Origin: an uncultured delta proteobacterium
Lineage (GTDB): Bacteria > Desulfobacterota > WTBG01 > CAIYCZ01 > CAIRTM01
Direction: 5' to 3'
Assembly (NCBI GenBank): GCA_963804955.1
Contig: CAWDSQ010000025.1
Coordinates: 11,291 to 75,290, forward strand
DNA length: 64,000 nt
Below the pieces are notes generated by a model. It ran no database searches. It had not been told where the DNA came from and saw only the letters and a program-made list of their open reading frames with translations. Every line of letters starts with the position of its first letter. The first letter of the stretch is position 1. Below are positions 40,764-51,377 of this stretch, piece after piece. Made by a program: the position numbers and the translations under genes.

Positions 40764-42028
40764 ATGAACATCGTTCTTACCGGCTATCGCGGCACGGGCA
40801 AATCGGCAGTGGCCCGGCTGCTTGCAAAAAAACTCGGCTGGCAGAGCCTGAGCCTTGACGCCATGATCGCTCAGCAGGAGGGCCGCACGATTCCCCAAAT
40901 CGTCGACGGCCAGCGGCTGGGAGTATTTCCGTGATGTCGAAGCGGCCCTTATTGCAGATGCTCGCGGCCCGCGACAAGGTTATACTGGACACCGGCGGCG
41001 GCGCAATTCTCCGGCCCCGGAATGTGCAGGCCCTGCGGGAAAACGGCCTTGTGTTCTGGCTTAAGGCCAGCCCTGAAACAATAGCGGCGCGCATCAAAGA
41101 CAGCGCCGGAAGGCCAGCCCTCATGCCGGGCAGAACCTTTCTTGAAGAGATCGACGAAGTGCTGCTGGAGCGCACGCCCCTCTATCATGCTGCTGCGGAT
41201 TTTGAAATCGATACCGACGGCAAAGCCCTTGAAAAAATAGCCGACGATATATGCTATTACTTTACCCGCATCGCAGAGCCTGCAGCGCCCGGGCTGGCCG
41301 CGCCTGAACGCAGCCGCTACCTGCGGCAAATGCTGATAGGCGGCTGGGGTCTGCAGGGGCAGCAGCGCCTGCGCTCGGCCACCGTCTTCATCGCAGGCGC
41401 AGGCGGGCTTGGCTGCCCGGCAGCGCTCTACCTTGCCGCCGCAGGCGTGGGCACAATCCGCCTGTGCGACTTCGGGCTTGTGGAGGCTTCAAACCTCAAC
41501 AGGCAGATACTCTATACCGAAGAGGATATCGGCAAAGAAAAAGTGCTGCGTGCTGCCGGGGCTCTCCGGCGGGTAAACCCCCATGTAATCGTTGAGCCGC
41601 TGTTTGAAAAAATCGACGACGCCTCCATCGAGCGCCTTGCAGGAAGCGCGGACATCATGCTGGACTGCCTGGACAATTTCGAAACCCGCCATGTGCTGAA
41701 CCGCTTTGCCGTGCGCGCAGGCATACCACTGGTACATGCCGGCATCGAGGGCCTTGCGGGTCAACTGTCTTTTATTCATCCGCCGCACACGCCCTGCCTG
41801 TTCTGCATGTTCCCGGGATCGCCGCCCGCGGGGCGCATATTTCCGGTTGCCGGGGTTACGCCCGGAATCATCGGCACTGCGCAGGCCGCAGAGGCGCTCA
41901 AGTGGCTTACCGGCGTCGGCAGCACCCTGCAGGGGCAGCTGCTTGTCTGGGACGGCACGATCATGGAATTCCAGAAAATCCCTGTCGCCAGAAATGGAAA
42001 CTGTCCGGTCTGCTCGCGCGCGGCCTGA
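40764..42028 (+). CDS. aroK: Shikimate kinase fused in-frame to a ThiF/MoeB/HesA-type E1-like adenylyltransferase domain (one frame break ~40910)
   Basis: 'MNIVLTGYRGTGKSAVARLLA' is the P-loop, followed by 'VILDTGGGAILRP'. With no intervening stop it continues into 'RYLRQMLIGGWGLQGQQRLRSATVFIAGAGGLGCPAALYLAAAGVG', 'NLNRQILY', and the CxxC pairs 'CLFC'/'CPVC'. Confidence 0.7.
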
Positions 42029-42278
42029 AAAAACAGGGGCGTTTCAAAAGATAATTTCCAGAAAAAACAAATAACTCCTTGAGGGCTCTTTGTTCTCGAA
42101 TTTTGACTGCTGAAATCTGGCGTCGTTTTCAAAATAGATATTATCTGAAAGATCAGTTGTATTCTCTGCTTGAATCGCTCCCGAACCCTTTTTTCCGTCA
42201 GTCTCAGTGGTTTATCTCTAAAAACAAGGGCCCTCGTTTTATTGCCACCCTTCGCTCCGCAAACCGACGTGTGAGCAG

Positions 42279-42620
42279 TTAAGCCTCCAGCATTTCTATC
42301 GCGGCTTGTTTCACTTGATCAATATCGGCCTGCACAGTATCCCAGAGCACATCCACGTCTACGCCGAAGTATTCATGAATGATCTTATTTCGCATGCCGG
42401 CGATTTCCCGCCAGGGGATGTCGGGGTATGTATCTTTTTGCGCCTTCGGTATTTTTTTTACTGCTTCACCGATCACTTCAAGGCACCGCACAACAGCATA
42501 CACTGTCTTTTTATCGGATTGAAACTGTTCGAACGTTATGCCCTGAGTAAACTGCATGATATCGTCAATGGCATCAACAATATCATGCAGATAATCCCTT
42601 ACGTCGTGTTTATTAGACAT
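42279..42620 (-). CDS. hepT: HepT (DUF86) toxin of an MNT/HepT toxin-antitoxin pair
   Basis: 'WREIAGMRNKIIHEYFGVDVDVLWDTV' contains the Rx4HxY-type motif. Its ATG overlaps the upstream gene's stop (ATGTCTAA). Confidence 0.85.
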   Translation of the reverse strand: MSNKHDVRDYLHDIVDAIDDIMQFTQGITFEQFQSDKKTVYAVVRCLEVIGEAVKKIPKAQKDTYPDIPWREIAGMRNKIIHEYFGVDVDVLWDTVQADIDQVKQAAIEMLEA

Positions 42621-42907
42621 AGCGGACTTCTTCCAGAATATGTCTGCCGAAAAAAGGCTTTAATGCTTTTTTCGAGACCAAATCAACCTTCGCTCCAAGA
42701 AGTTGCTTTAAATGCTGCTCAAGGCGCATAAACCTTACAAAACCGGCAGGCCGTTTGATTTCAACCAATATATCAATGTCACTCCCCGGCTTTTGCTCAC
42801 CGCGAATGCATGAACCGAAGATGCCGATTTCGAGAACGCCGTAAGTTTCAGCAAGTTCTTTTCTGTTTGTTTGCAGGATTTTTATGAATTTCCTGAAAGG
42901 TTTTCAT
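42613..42907 (-). CDS. mntA: MNT nucleotidyltransferase antitoxin (frame break near the 5' end, so no ORF appears in the track)
   Basis: Hand translation gives '...ILQTNRKELAETYGVLEIGIFGSCIRGEQKPGSDIDILVEIKRPAGFVRFMRLEQHLKQLLGAKVDLVSKKAL' (GS-x10-DxD motif). The only ATG (42907) is in another frame and stops after 19 codons. Confidence 0.8.
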
Positions 42908-43140
42908 TGCAGCCACCAATTTGATTTTTTATAGGAACTTGCTTTGAGATGGGCAGACTATAAAATGAGGGCGATTGTGTGTCAATACGAAGTTTGCCGC
43001 AAGATATGGGCAGGGCTGTCCGGGCAAAAAATAAACGGCGTGATTAAATACCGGGCATTTGCCTGTTGCGAATTCCTGAAAATATGCTATTTTTTTCTGC
43101 CTGTCGCGAACCTCGGACAACAGATGGAAAGGAACCGGCC

Positions 43141-44421
43141 ATGACCTATGATGTAGCAGTGATCGGCGCGGGACCCGCGGGCCTTATGGCTGCGCTGCGG
43201 TCCGCGCAGCTTGGATTGAAAGTTCTGCTGCTTGAAAAGTTTGATGATATTTCCCGCATCAGGCGCGCCTGCTGCCAGCAGTTTGTCATGGATGAAAACT
43301 ATGAAAGCGAAAATATCCGCGTAGAGTCAGGCCGCATTGTTTTCCCTGCCAACGGCTTTGAGGTTGCCTACGGCGGCCCGACCCATTCGATTACTGACAC
43401 GTATTTCACCTCCCCCGGCGGGCATGCCGTACACTTCTCCTATCCCGACAAAAGGCCCATAGCCATCAAGTTCGACAAGGGGCTGCTGCTCCAGGGGCTG
43501 CTTGAAAAATGCCTGAAGGCAGGGGTCGAGTACCAGCCGGAAACGCTTGTCACCAATGCCGTTGACCGCGGGGACCATGTTGAGCTATCCCTGTCGCGGC
43601 ACCGAATAAAAAAAACCATAACGGCAAAAAAAATCATCGCCGCCGACGGCGTCAACTCCCGCACAGTGCAGAGCCTCGGGATGAATGAGGGCAGGCCCTG
43701 CTTTGCAACAGCGCTGTGCATCATCTACTCGCTTGAAAATGTCCGCGATTTCGAGCCTACAGCCATGAGGTGGCATATGGGCCGCGCCTACCATTCCTTC
43801 GGCCCGGTCATTCTCGACCCCTCGCTGCGAGGAGACGCCATTGCCGACCTTGTGGTCATGGGCAGCGCGCAGCTCCGGCCCGAGCAGATTTTTAAAGATT
43901 TCACCACCCGCGGCCCCTGCGCCCGCATGTATGAACAGTCACGGGTTGTGGGCAAGACCGGCTGCACGGTCAAGGCCTATCCCTCCCTCATGACGCCCCA
44001 TAAGGGCAACTGCCTTGCCATCGGCGATGCCGCAGCCTATGTTGAGGTTGAGGTGCAGGGCGGTCTCATGTGCGGCTATCATGCAGCAGCTGCCGTTGCC
44101 GACGAGCTTGAGGGCCGCGGAGGTTTTGACCGCTACACGCAGTGGTGGCAGAAGTCTTTTGAGTTCAACAGCGAGCAGGCCCTGCGGGTAGCGCAGGGCT
44201 ATGCCCTGGTGCCCGCCTATGAGGACGACGAAATCGATTATCTGTTCGGCCTTGTGGAGGGCCGCGTGCTCGACGGCGCCTATGGACAGTACAAGGCCCC
44301 GCGGCTTATGTGGGACGCCATATTTGAACACAGAGACCGCATCGCCCGTGAGCGGCCTGACCTGCATGAAAAAATAAAAAACATTTCTCAGATGACGCTT
44401 GCGGACGCATTCAAAGGCTAA
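43141..44421 (+). CDS. FAD-dependent oxidoreductase (GGR/FixC-like), copy B, intact
   Basis: 'MTYDVAVIGAGPAGLMAA', 'IIAADGVNS' and 'AIGDAAAYVE'. It is collinear with the broken copy at 3949..5298. Confidence 0.8.
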   Translation: MTYDVAVIGAGPAGLMAALRSAQLGLKVLLLEKFDDISRIRRACCQQFVMDENYESENIRVESGRIVFPANGFEVAYGGPTHSITDTYFTSPGGHAVHFSYPDKRPIAIKFDKGLLLQGLLEKCLKAGVEYQPETLVTNAVDRGDHVELSLSRHRIKKTITAKKIIAADGVNSRTVQSLGMNEGRPCFATALCIIYSLENVRDFEPTAMRWHMGRAYHSFGPVILDPSLRGDAIADLVVMGSAQLRPEQIFKDFTTRGPCARMYEQSRVVGKTGCTVKAYPSLMTPHKGNCLAIGDAAAYVEVEVQGGLMCGYHAAAAVADELEGRGGFDRYTQWWQKSFEFNSEQALRVAQGYALVPAYEDDEIDYLFGLVEGRVLDGAYGQYKAPRLMWDAIFEHRDRIARERPDLHEKIKNISQMTLADAFKG

Positions 44422-44444
44422 GTCCATTCATAATGGAAACAAAA

Positions 44445-44570
44445 CAGGAAGCCTGAATCCAGCAGTCAGCATTCAGAAGCGGAGGAATAAGGGCTTCCAA
44501 ACAAGCAGATTTTAAAATAGTTTTGTTTTGATTTTCATTCTGAATTCTGGCTTCTGGCTACTGGCTTCCC
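44445..44570. repeat. MITE-like element, family R2
   Basis: Inverted arms 'gcctgaatccagcagtcagcattcagaagc' and 'ctgaattctggcttctggctactggc', with a core similar to 23100-23160. Confidence 0.7.
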
Positions 44571-44596
44571 GAAATTAACAAAAGAAAGGATTTTCC

Positions 44597-45607
44597 ATGA
44601 AACTCGATGTATATGCTTTCGGCAGTGCGCTGGTGGATGTGCAGCTGTCGGTTCCGACAAAGTACTTGAGAACATCGGTGCGGTAAAAGGCAATATGGCC
44701 CTCACCGAGCGCGTCGCAGCAGGAGGCTGTGCTCAGGCGACTGATGGGCGCTGACCTCTCCTGCCTTGACAGCCTTGCAGGCAAAGCCAATATGGCAGCC
44801 GGCGGCAGCGCGGCAAATACGGTTTTCGGCGTGGCGCAGCTTGGCGGCTCGGCAGGCCTCTGCGGCAAGGTGGCAGGTGATGCTTTCGGCGATTTTTACA
44901 TTAAAAACATGCAGCAAAGCGGCGTCGCCTTCACCGGGCGCAGGGTCGCGGGCATGACCGGCACCTGCATTATTCTTATTTCCGATGATGCCCAGCGCAC
45001 CATGCTCACCTGTCTGGGCGTATCAAGTGAAATCGACTATGACGACATTGATGAAGCGCAGCTGAAAAACAGCCGGTACCTGTATCTGGAAGGCTATCTT
45101 TTCGACAGCGCGCTGGCCACCCAGACCATGCTGCATGCCATCGCTACGGCAAAAAAGCATGGCGTAAAAATCGCTTTCACGGCTTCGGATGCCTTCTGCA
45201 TCGCCCGTCACAAAGACACCTTCCTGAAGCTGCTGCCGCAGATTGATCTGCTGTTCTGCAATGCCCAGGAGGCATGCGCCCTGAGCGATACGGGCACAAA
45301 TGATGAGGCGCTCAAAGCGCTTTCCGCCATGTGCCCGGCAATTGCGCTCACCGACGGCGGCAGCGGCTCGCTGCTCTGCTTTAGCGGAGAAACACTGCCG
45401 GTGAAGCCCTGCACCGTATCACCCGTTGACACGACCGGCGCCGGCGACTCCTATGCCGCAGGCCTTCTGTACGGCCTCACCAACGGCCGTTCGCTTGCAG
45501 CAAGCGGCGCCATTGCAAGCCTGTTTTCCTCGCGGGTGGTAGCGCAGCTTGGGCCCCGGTTCGCGGGCGACATCCGCAGCGAGATTGCCGCACTGGAGAG
45601 ACAGTAA
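44597..45607 (+). CDS. PfkB-family sugar/nucleoside kinase (two compensating frame breaks between ~44650 and ~44720)
   Basis: 'MKLDVYAFGSALVDVQ', 'AAGGSAANT' and the C-terminal 'DTTGAGDSYAAGLLYG'. The middle segment 'DKVLENIGAVKGNMALTER' is readable only in another frame. Confidence 0.75.
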
Positions 45608-45691
45608 AACAAAAAAGGGGGCGCGACGCAGCATGCCCCCTGCTTAGTATCCTAACCCCCGATTCCTGCTGTTCGTTTCTGATGCCTGCAT

Positions 45692-45738
45692 AAAAAAAGG
45701 CGCGGGCAAGACAGTTTCCCATGTCTTGCCCGCGCCTT
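45692..45738 (-). terminator. Rho-independent terminator after nusB
   Basis: The minus strand reads aaggcgcgggcaagac-N9-gtcttgcccgcgcctt followed by TTTTTTT. Confidence 0.65.
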
Positions 45739-45762
45739 CAAAATACTGTAGTACGAAAAACG

Positions 45763-46194
45763 CTACCGGTTTTTTTTCTCAAGCTCGGGATGCTTTGCAA
45801 GCACATTATCAAGCACGCCGTTGATGAAGGCGCCTGACTTTTCCGTGCCGAATTTCTTGCCCAGCTCTATGGCTTCGTTGAGGGTCACTTTGTAGGGAAT
45901 ATCAGTGCAGTGGATAATCTCAAAGACCGCCACGCGCAAAATGCAGCGGTCAACCGGTGTAATGCGGGAGAGCGACCAGTTTGTTGCGGTCTTGCCGATC
46001 AGCCCGTCAATCTCTTTGCGGTGCTCGCAGGTGCCCCTGACAAGCATTTCGGCAAAAGCGCGAAATTCATCCGGCGGGTTGAAATTATTCATATACAACG
46101 TCAGCGCCTCATCAGGTTTATACCCGGTCATTTCAACCAGGTAGAGCATCTGAACGGCCAGTTCGCGCGATTTTCTTCGTGACAAAGCAGTCAC
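45763..46194 (-). CDS. nusB: Transcription antitermination factor NusB
   Basis: 'SRRKSRELAVQMLY...', 'DRCILRVAVFEI' and 'INEAIELGKKFG'. The GTG start at 46194 is inferred; the track ORF starts further upstream at 46257. Confidence 0.85.
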   Translation of the reverse strand: MTALSRRKSRELAVQMLYLVEMTGYKPDEALTLYMNNFNPPDEFRAFAEMLVRGTCEHRKEIDGLIGKTATNWSLSRITPVDRCILRVAVFEIIHCTDIPYKVTLNEAIELGKKFGTEKSGAFINGVLDNVLAKHPELEKKNR

Positions 46195-46279
46195 CCTTTC
46201 CGGATGTAAAAGAACAATGTAAAATGATGCTCCCCGCTCACAAAGCGGGGCTTTCAAGGCAGCATACCGGTAAAACCGG

Positions 46280-46744
46280 CTAGAAAGCCTTGAGCAAACT
46301 CACCATTTCGATAGCCGATACGGCAGCGTCCCAGCCCTTATTGCCCGACTTGCTGCCGGCGCGCTCGATGGCCTGCTCGATATTGTCGGTCGTCAGAACG
46401 CCGAATGTAATGGGTATCTCGGTCTCCAGCCCCACGGTTGCTATGCCTTTTGATACCTCTGCCGCCACATAGTCGAAATGGGGCGTTGCACCGCGGATAA
46501 CGGCGCCAAGGCAGATCACGGCATCATACTTTCCCGATTTGGCCGCTTTTTTGGCAATCAGCGGTATTTCGAATGCTCCGGGAACTTTAATGATTTCGAT
46601 ATTTTTTTCATCGCCGCCGTGCCGGACTATGGCGTCTATGGCGCCTTCCTGCAAACGGCCGACGACAAAATCATTGAAACGGCTCACAATAAGAGCAAAC
46701 CGCAGGCCGGCAGCGGAAAGCTTTCCTTCGAGAATCTTGGCCAT
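46280..46744 (-). CDS. ribH: 6,7-dimethyl-8-ribityllumazine synthase
   Basis: '[20 protein letters not shown]', 'VPGAFEIP' and '[18 protein letters not shown]'. Confidence 0.95.
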   Translation of the reverse strand: MAKILEGKLSAAGLRFALIVSRFNDFVVGRLQEGAIDAIVRHGGDEKNIEIIKVPGAFEIPLIAKKAAKSGKYDAVICLGAVIRGATPHFDYVAAEVSKGIATVGLETEIPITFGVLTTDNIEQAIERAGSKSGNKGWDAAVSAIEMVSLLKAF

Positions 46745-46768
46745 GGCAATCCCTTTCTTGTCTGGGGG

Positions 46769-47995
46769 TTATTCAGGCTTTTTATCGGTCATTTTGAGCA
46801 TATGCCCGAACCGCTCTTTCTTGGTTGAAAGGTAGCGAAGGTTCTGCGGCTTCGGGGGCACTTCAATGGAAACGCGCTCCACGATTTCAAGGCCATAGGC
46901 TTCAAGGCCGATAATTTTTTTCGGATTATTGGTCAAAAGCTTTATTTTTGCAATGCCCAAATCCCGCAGAATCTGCGCCCCGATGCCGTAATCGCGCAAA
47001 TCAGCGGCAAAACCGAGATCTTCATTTGCTTCAACCGTATCGCGGCCTTTATCCTGCAGGGCATAGGCGCGCATCTTATTGAGAAAGCCGATGCCCCTGC
47101 CCTCCTGCCGCATATAGACAATGACGCCCTTGCCGACCTTCTGGATCATGCGCATGGCATTCTCGAGCTGCTCGCCGCAGTCGCAGCGCGCCGACCCCAG
47201 CGCATCGCCGGTCAGGCATTCCGAATGGGCCCGCACAAGCACAGCATCCTCAGGCTCCCAATCACCCTTGACCAGGGCGATATGGTGATGAATGTCCATT
47301 ACGTTTTCGTAAATGATCATCTTGAAATCGCCGCCGAAGCGGGTCGGCAGATTGGTTTCGACAACGCGGCGCACCAGCGACTCCTTGGAAAGGCGGTATT
47401 TAATGAGATCGGCAACCGTGACGATATGAATATTGTGCTCGGCTGCGAACTTTTCAAGCTCCGGCATGCGCGACATGGTGCCGTCTTCATTCATGATCTC
47501 GCAGATCACGCCCGCGGGCTTCAGCCCCGCCAGGCGGCACAGGTCGACAGAGCCTTCCGTCTGCCCGGCGCGCCGCAGCACGCCGCCCTTCATGGCCTGC
47601 AGCGGAAAAATATGGCCCGGGCGGCACAGGTCGTCGGGCTGCGCTTCATCATCGACGCATACCTGTATGGTATTGGCGCGGTCGGATGCCGATATGCCGG
47701 TTGTTGCACCCTTGCGCGCGTCAACCGATACGGTAAAGGCCGTCTGAAACTGCGCGGTATTGTCAGTGACCATCAGCGGCAGATTGAGCTGCTTGCAGCG
47801 CTCTTCAGTCAGCGATACGCAGATCAGGCCGCGGCCGTACTTGGCCATGAAATTAATGGTCTCCGGGGTTGCCATCTCGGCAGCCATGGTCAGATCGCCT
47901 TCGTTTTCCCGGTTCTCATCGTCGGTCAGGATGACCATTCTGCCGTTTTTGATCTCTTCGATAGCCTTTTTTACTCGTTCAATTTGCACCGACAT
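46769..47995 (-). CDS. ribBA: Bifunctional 3,4-dihydroxy-2-butanone-4-phosphate synthase / GTP cyclohydrolase II
   Basis: '[11 protein letters not shown]', '[11 protein letters not shown]' and '[21 protein letters not shown]'. Confidence 0.95.
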   Translation of the reverse strand: MSVQIERVKKAIEEIKNGRMVILTDDENRENEGDLTMAAEMATPETINFMAKYGRGLICVSLTEERCKQLNLPLMVTDNTAQFQTAFTVSVDARKGATTGISASDRANTIQVCVDDEAQPDDLCRPGHIFPLQAMKGGVLRRAGQTEGSVDLCRLAGLKPAGVICEIMNEDGTMSRMPELEKFAAEHNIHIVTVADLIKYRLSKESLVRRVVETNLPTRFGGDFKMIIYENVMDIHHHIALVKGDWEPEDAVLVRAHSECLTGDALGSARCDCGEQLENAMRMIQKVGKGVIVYMRQEGRGIGFLNKMRAYALQDKGRDTVEANEDLGFAADLRDYGIGAQILRDLGIAKIKLLTNNPKKIIGLEAYGLEIVERVSIEVPPKPQNLRYLSTKKERFGHMLKMTDKKPE

Positions 47996-48005
47996 CTTGT
48001 GTCCT

Positions 48006-48646
48006 TCAGGTAAAATTATGTTTTGCCAGAAAATCCAGCGTTATGCCGCCATCGGCATCGCGCTTTCCCATAAGTTTTTCAACGTATTTTCCGATCAGGT
48101 CATTTTCGATATTCACCTGATCGCCCGGGCCCTTGCCGGCAAGCGTTGTTTTTTCAAGCGTATGCGGAATGATCATGACGCTGAAGTCGCGGCCGGTGAC
48201 CGTATTGACCGTCAGGCTGATGCCGTCAATGGCAACGGAACCCTTTTCGATAATATATTTAAGCAGCTGTTCAGGCGCGCTGAACACCAGCCGGATGAAT
48301 TCTCCCGATTTCTCCCGCGCGCTGAGCACGGCGAGGCCGTCAATATGGCCCGACACCAAATGCCCGCCGAGCCGGTCGCACAGCCGCAGCGCCCGCTCCA
48401 GATTCACCCGGTCGCCTGCGCGTCTCTTGCCGAGCGTCGTGCGCTGCAGGGTTTCGGAAGATACATCAACGCTGAAACCCTGCGGCTGAATACTGGTTAC
48501 CGTGAGGCAGGCCCCGTCAACGGCTATGCTGTCGCCGAGCTTTATCTCCGCCATGGGCAGGCGCACACGATAAAAAGCTCCATGCCGCTGCGCCGGGGAG
48601 CAATTCTTTGTATATTTCCAATATCTTCGACAAGACCGGTAAACAC
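48006..48646 (-). CDS. ribE: Riboflavin synthase alpha chain (one frame break ~48560-48600)
   Basis: [17 protein letters not shown] at 48646 lies in one frame. '[14 protein letters not shown]' and '[12 protein letters not shown]' lie in ORF 48006..48707. Confidence 0.85.
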
Positions 48647-48752
48647 GTTTTTGCGGCTTTTCTCTGCTGGTATAAAAAAGATTTAAGGGTGTAAAGTATA
48701 GGCCCAAAGCACGGCAGGTGTCAATACATAAATCAATAAAAGACCTTCACTT

Positions 48753-49371
48753 TTACGGAAAACTGCCTAGGAGATACTTGTAGCGACTGGGGACTTTAAA
48801 ACACTTCGCATAATCCCTAAGTATTTCCTGATCCTGTGTGCTTTTGTAGTGGTCGTCATTTGCGATGAGAATAACGGAATCTTTCTCTGTAAACCTAAAG
48901 AGCTGTAATATTTTGTCCCTGTTTTTAATGATCCCCGGAGTACCTAATAACATATATCTTTTGTCCTGGCAGGTTATCCGGCCCCGATCACAGCCATAGG
49001 AAGCCTGCAGCACCGTATGAATATCCGGGGTACAAAAGACCTTGGATGCCTCATTGGTCCAGAATGCATGATGGCCGTCATATGAAGGGGTCGTATCAGG
49101 GCTGTGAAGTTCTCCAAGCAAACATCTTTTATAGAAATAGAAGTATCCGATCTTCTTCTGATCCATATCTATGCCGTCCTCAAAAATTTTATGGTTTCCA
49201 GAGTGTAAGTAAAAAAGGGGAATTAAAAAAAATTAATTGTATTGATTCCCCAGCAAGGCCAAAATTGGTATACCTGCATTGGGAGCCTGTAAATTTTTTA
49301 TGCACAAAATACGCCATTATTTTTATATAAGGAGTAATAATAAAAAGATATGTTATATCAGCTGGATACAT
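48753..49371 (-). pseudogene. Possible decayed calcineurin-like metallophosphoesterase (PrpA/ApaH-like)
   Basis: Shifting frame in the A/T run at ~49225-49245 gives '...IPLFYLHSGNHKIFEDG' (a GNHE-like box). This is followed by '...DGHHAFW...' and '...ASYGCDRGRIT' in ORF 48753..49166. The N-terminal metal-binding boxes are not recognisable and the context is AT-rich. Confidence 0.3.
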
Positions 49372-50160
49372 AGATAAAAACAGGGGGCTTTATTAGAAAC
49401 ACAGATCTTGAAACAGACTAAAATACTTCAATCTGGCAGTGTCAAATAATATTATATAGTTTTATTAGACAGATACATTTGTAATACCATTTTGGTAGCG
49501 TGATTAATTGTATACTGACGGCTATTGCTTGTTCTCAATGAAGTCATACGCTTCAGCCGACTTTAAACGCTATTGATCACAACATCTCGTGCAAGCGCCT
49601 GTCTGCCAAAAATTCCACAGTACGGTTCAAGATTACCGACCCTAACAGGCTCTCAAAAATAAAGGTTTTTCAATTAATGCGTACACGGACTATGAAAACG
49701 CCATGCGATGGCTGCTTTCAGAGGAAGACCAACCAGACAACAATGATAAAACCAACAAGGTGGATGCAGGCGATGACAAATAGCTGCGCCTGATCCTGCA
49801 GCCTCACTATCTTGTGCCCGCCCCTGCTCGCCCAAAAAATTTACCGTACGGCTTAATGTGGACTGTGGACCATTACGTCAATACTCCACATTATCAGATG
49901 AAATCTTTGTTCTCTCAGATCTAGCCAACCCTGAATGCTAGGGGTTAAGGATTAAGTACGCATTACTACAATTTATTAATTAGTGCGCGATGCGCATCCT
50001 GCTGACCTCCATCATTAAACTTGACTCTGATGGCCTTTTTTGACAAAACTGACACCGCAGGGTTTGCTGTCATGCGGCATGTCCATGCAACCCCCCAGCC
50101 GGCCGGTGGGTTTAAAAGAAGAAGCGGCGCTCAAAGAAAAAAAGAGACGGGGGTCAGACA

Positions 50161-51141
50161 ATGTTCAAAGACTTCAAAATCGCCTACATTGAAAAAAACG
50201 TCAATATAATCGAAAAAAGGCCGCTGAGCTTTCTGCGGCAAAGCGTGGCATATATGCTGACGCAGTCGGCCAACACCATTCCGCATGCCGCCATGATTGT
50301 GCATCATGACGTGACGCCGCTGATTGAATATGCAAAAAGAACCGAGAAAACCATCACGCCCTTTGAGGGCGAAACACCCGAGCAGTTCCGCCTGCGGCGC
50401 GCCGTGCGAAAAAACTATTCGGCCTTCTTCATAAAAGCGCTTGCCCATGCATTCCATGATCTTCCGGGCCTGCCCATGTTTATGGACTATCGCATCTGGC
50501 GCGGCCCGGGTACGCTCTACTATACCGATGATGTCAATATCAGCTATACGGCCAACACCAAATTCGGCGTCATCAAGCCGATCGTGCGCAATGCCCACCA
50601 GAAAACAATCGTGCAGGTGGCGGAAGAAATGCGGGAGCTTACGCGCAAAGCCCGCCGCACCGATGCCAATGAGCTCTATCGCCGCGTCGCTGTAGAATAT
50701 GTAAAATACGCGTTCCGGGAGCTGAATTTTAAGGAAATAAAAGGCATGTGGATGCTGCTGCGGGCGCTTCTGTGGAAGCGCGATCCCATAGACCCCGAGT
50801 TTGCCGATGTGCCTGAGGATCAGAAGCTGAAGCCCTCAGATATACTGGGGGCCACCTGCACGCTGGCCAATAACGGCATGATGGTCTCAGGCAATCAGAC
50901 CCAGACCATCATAACTCCGCCGGAGCTCTACATGTTCGGCCTCAGCGATCTGCACCAGGCGCCATGGGTGGTCGACGGGCAGGTAGTGCCCCGCTACGTC
51001 ATAACATTCTTTGCCACCATGGATCACCGGGCCCTTGATGCAGGCGAGTCATTCCCCTACTTTGCCAAGCTGGGAGAATATTTTCAGAATCCCGAAAGAA
51101 TTTACGAGTGGAAGCCCGAAAAGCCTGCAGCCGCCTCATAG
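50161..51141 (+). CDS. Stand-alone 2-oxoacid-dehydrogenase-E2/CAT-fold acyltransferase catalytic domain
   Basis: 326 aa. 'FFATMDHRALDAGE' matches the DHRxxDG catalytic box. No lipoyl or subunit-binding domains are present. Confidence 0.65.
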   Translation: MFKDFKIAYIEKNVNIIEKRPLSFLRQSVAYMLTQSANTIPHAAMIVHHDVTPLIEYAKRTEKTITPFEGETPEQFRLRRAVRKNYSAFFIKALAHAFHDLPGLPMFMDYRIWRGPGTLYYTDDVNISYTANTKFGVIKPIVRNAHQKTIVQVAEEMRELTRKARRTDANELYRRVAVEYVKYAFRELNFKEIKGMWMLLRALLWKRDPIDPEFADVPEDQKLKPSDILGATCTLANNGMMVSGNQTQTIITPPELYMFGLSDLHQAPWVVDGQVVPRYVITFFATMDHRALDAGESFPYFAKLGEYFQNPERIYEWKPEKPAAAS

Positions 51142-51204
51142 CGGGTTCGCAAGGCACAGAACCGAGAAGTGCGGAGGCGTTTTTTTGAAAGTATAAAAAG
51201 GTGT

Positions 51205-51245
51205 TCATTTTATCCCCCTTTGAAAGAGGGGGATTCTTTCTGCTA
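51205..51245. repeat. Family R3 hairpin repeat ('atccccctttgaaagagggggat')
   Basis: Same design as the 29341 and 55195 elements. Confidence 0.6.
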
Positions 51246-51300
51246 CCTCTTGTACGGGGTGCTATACTAACGAAGACTGCTGTATTCAAAAAACGGCCGC

Positions 51301-51339
51301 AAAAAAGCCATCACCCAATGACGGGTGATGGCTTTTTTT
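51301..51339. terminator. Bidirectional terminator between convergent genes
   Basis: aaaaaagccatcaccc-aatgac-gggtgatggcttttttt. Confidence 0.75.
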
Positions 51340-51377
51340 ATCAGCTGGGAATTGCCGGCCTGTCTGGCCGCGACGGC

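Noticed and set aside
48647-48752. Expected FMN riboswitch (RFN element) upstream of rib genes (also checked 54128-54160 and 47996-48005).
   Set aside because: No conserved RFN core or multi-stem structure could be recognised. ribD overlaps nrdR, and the other junctions are only a few nucleotides long.
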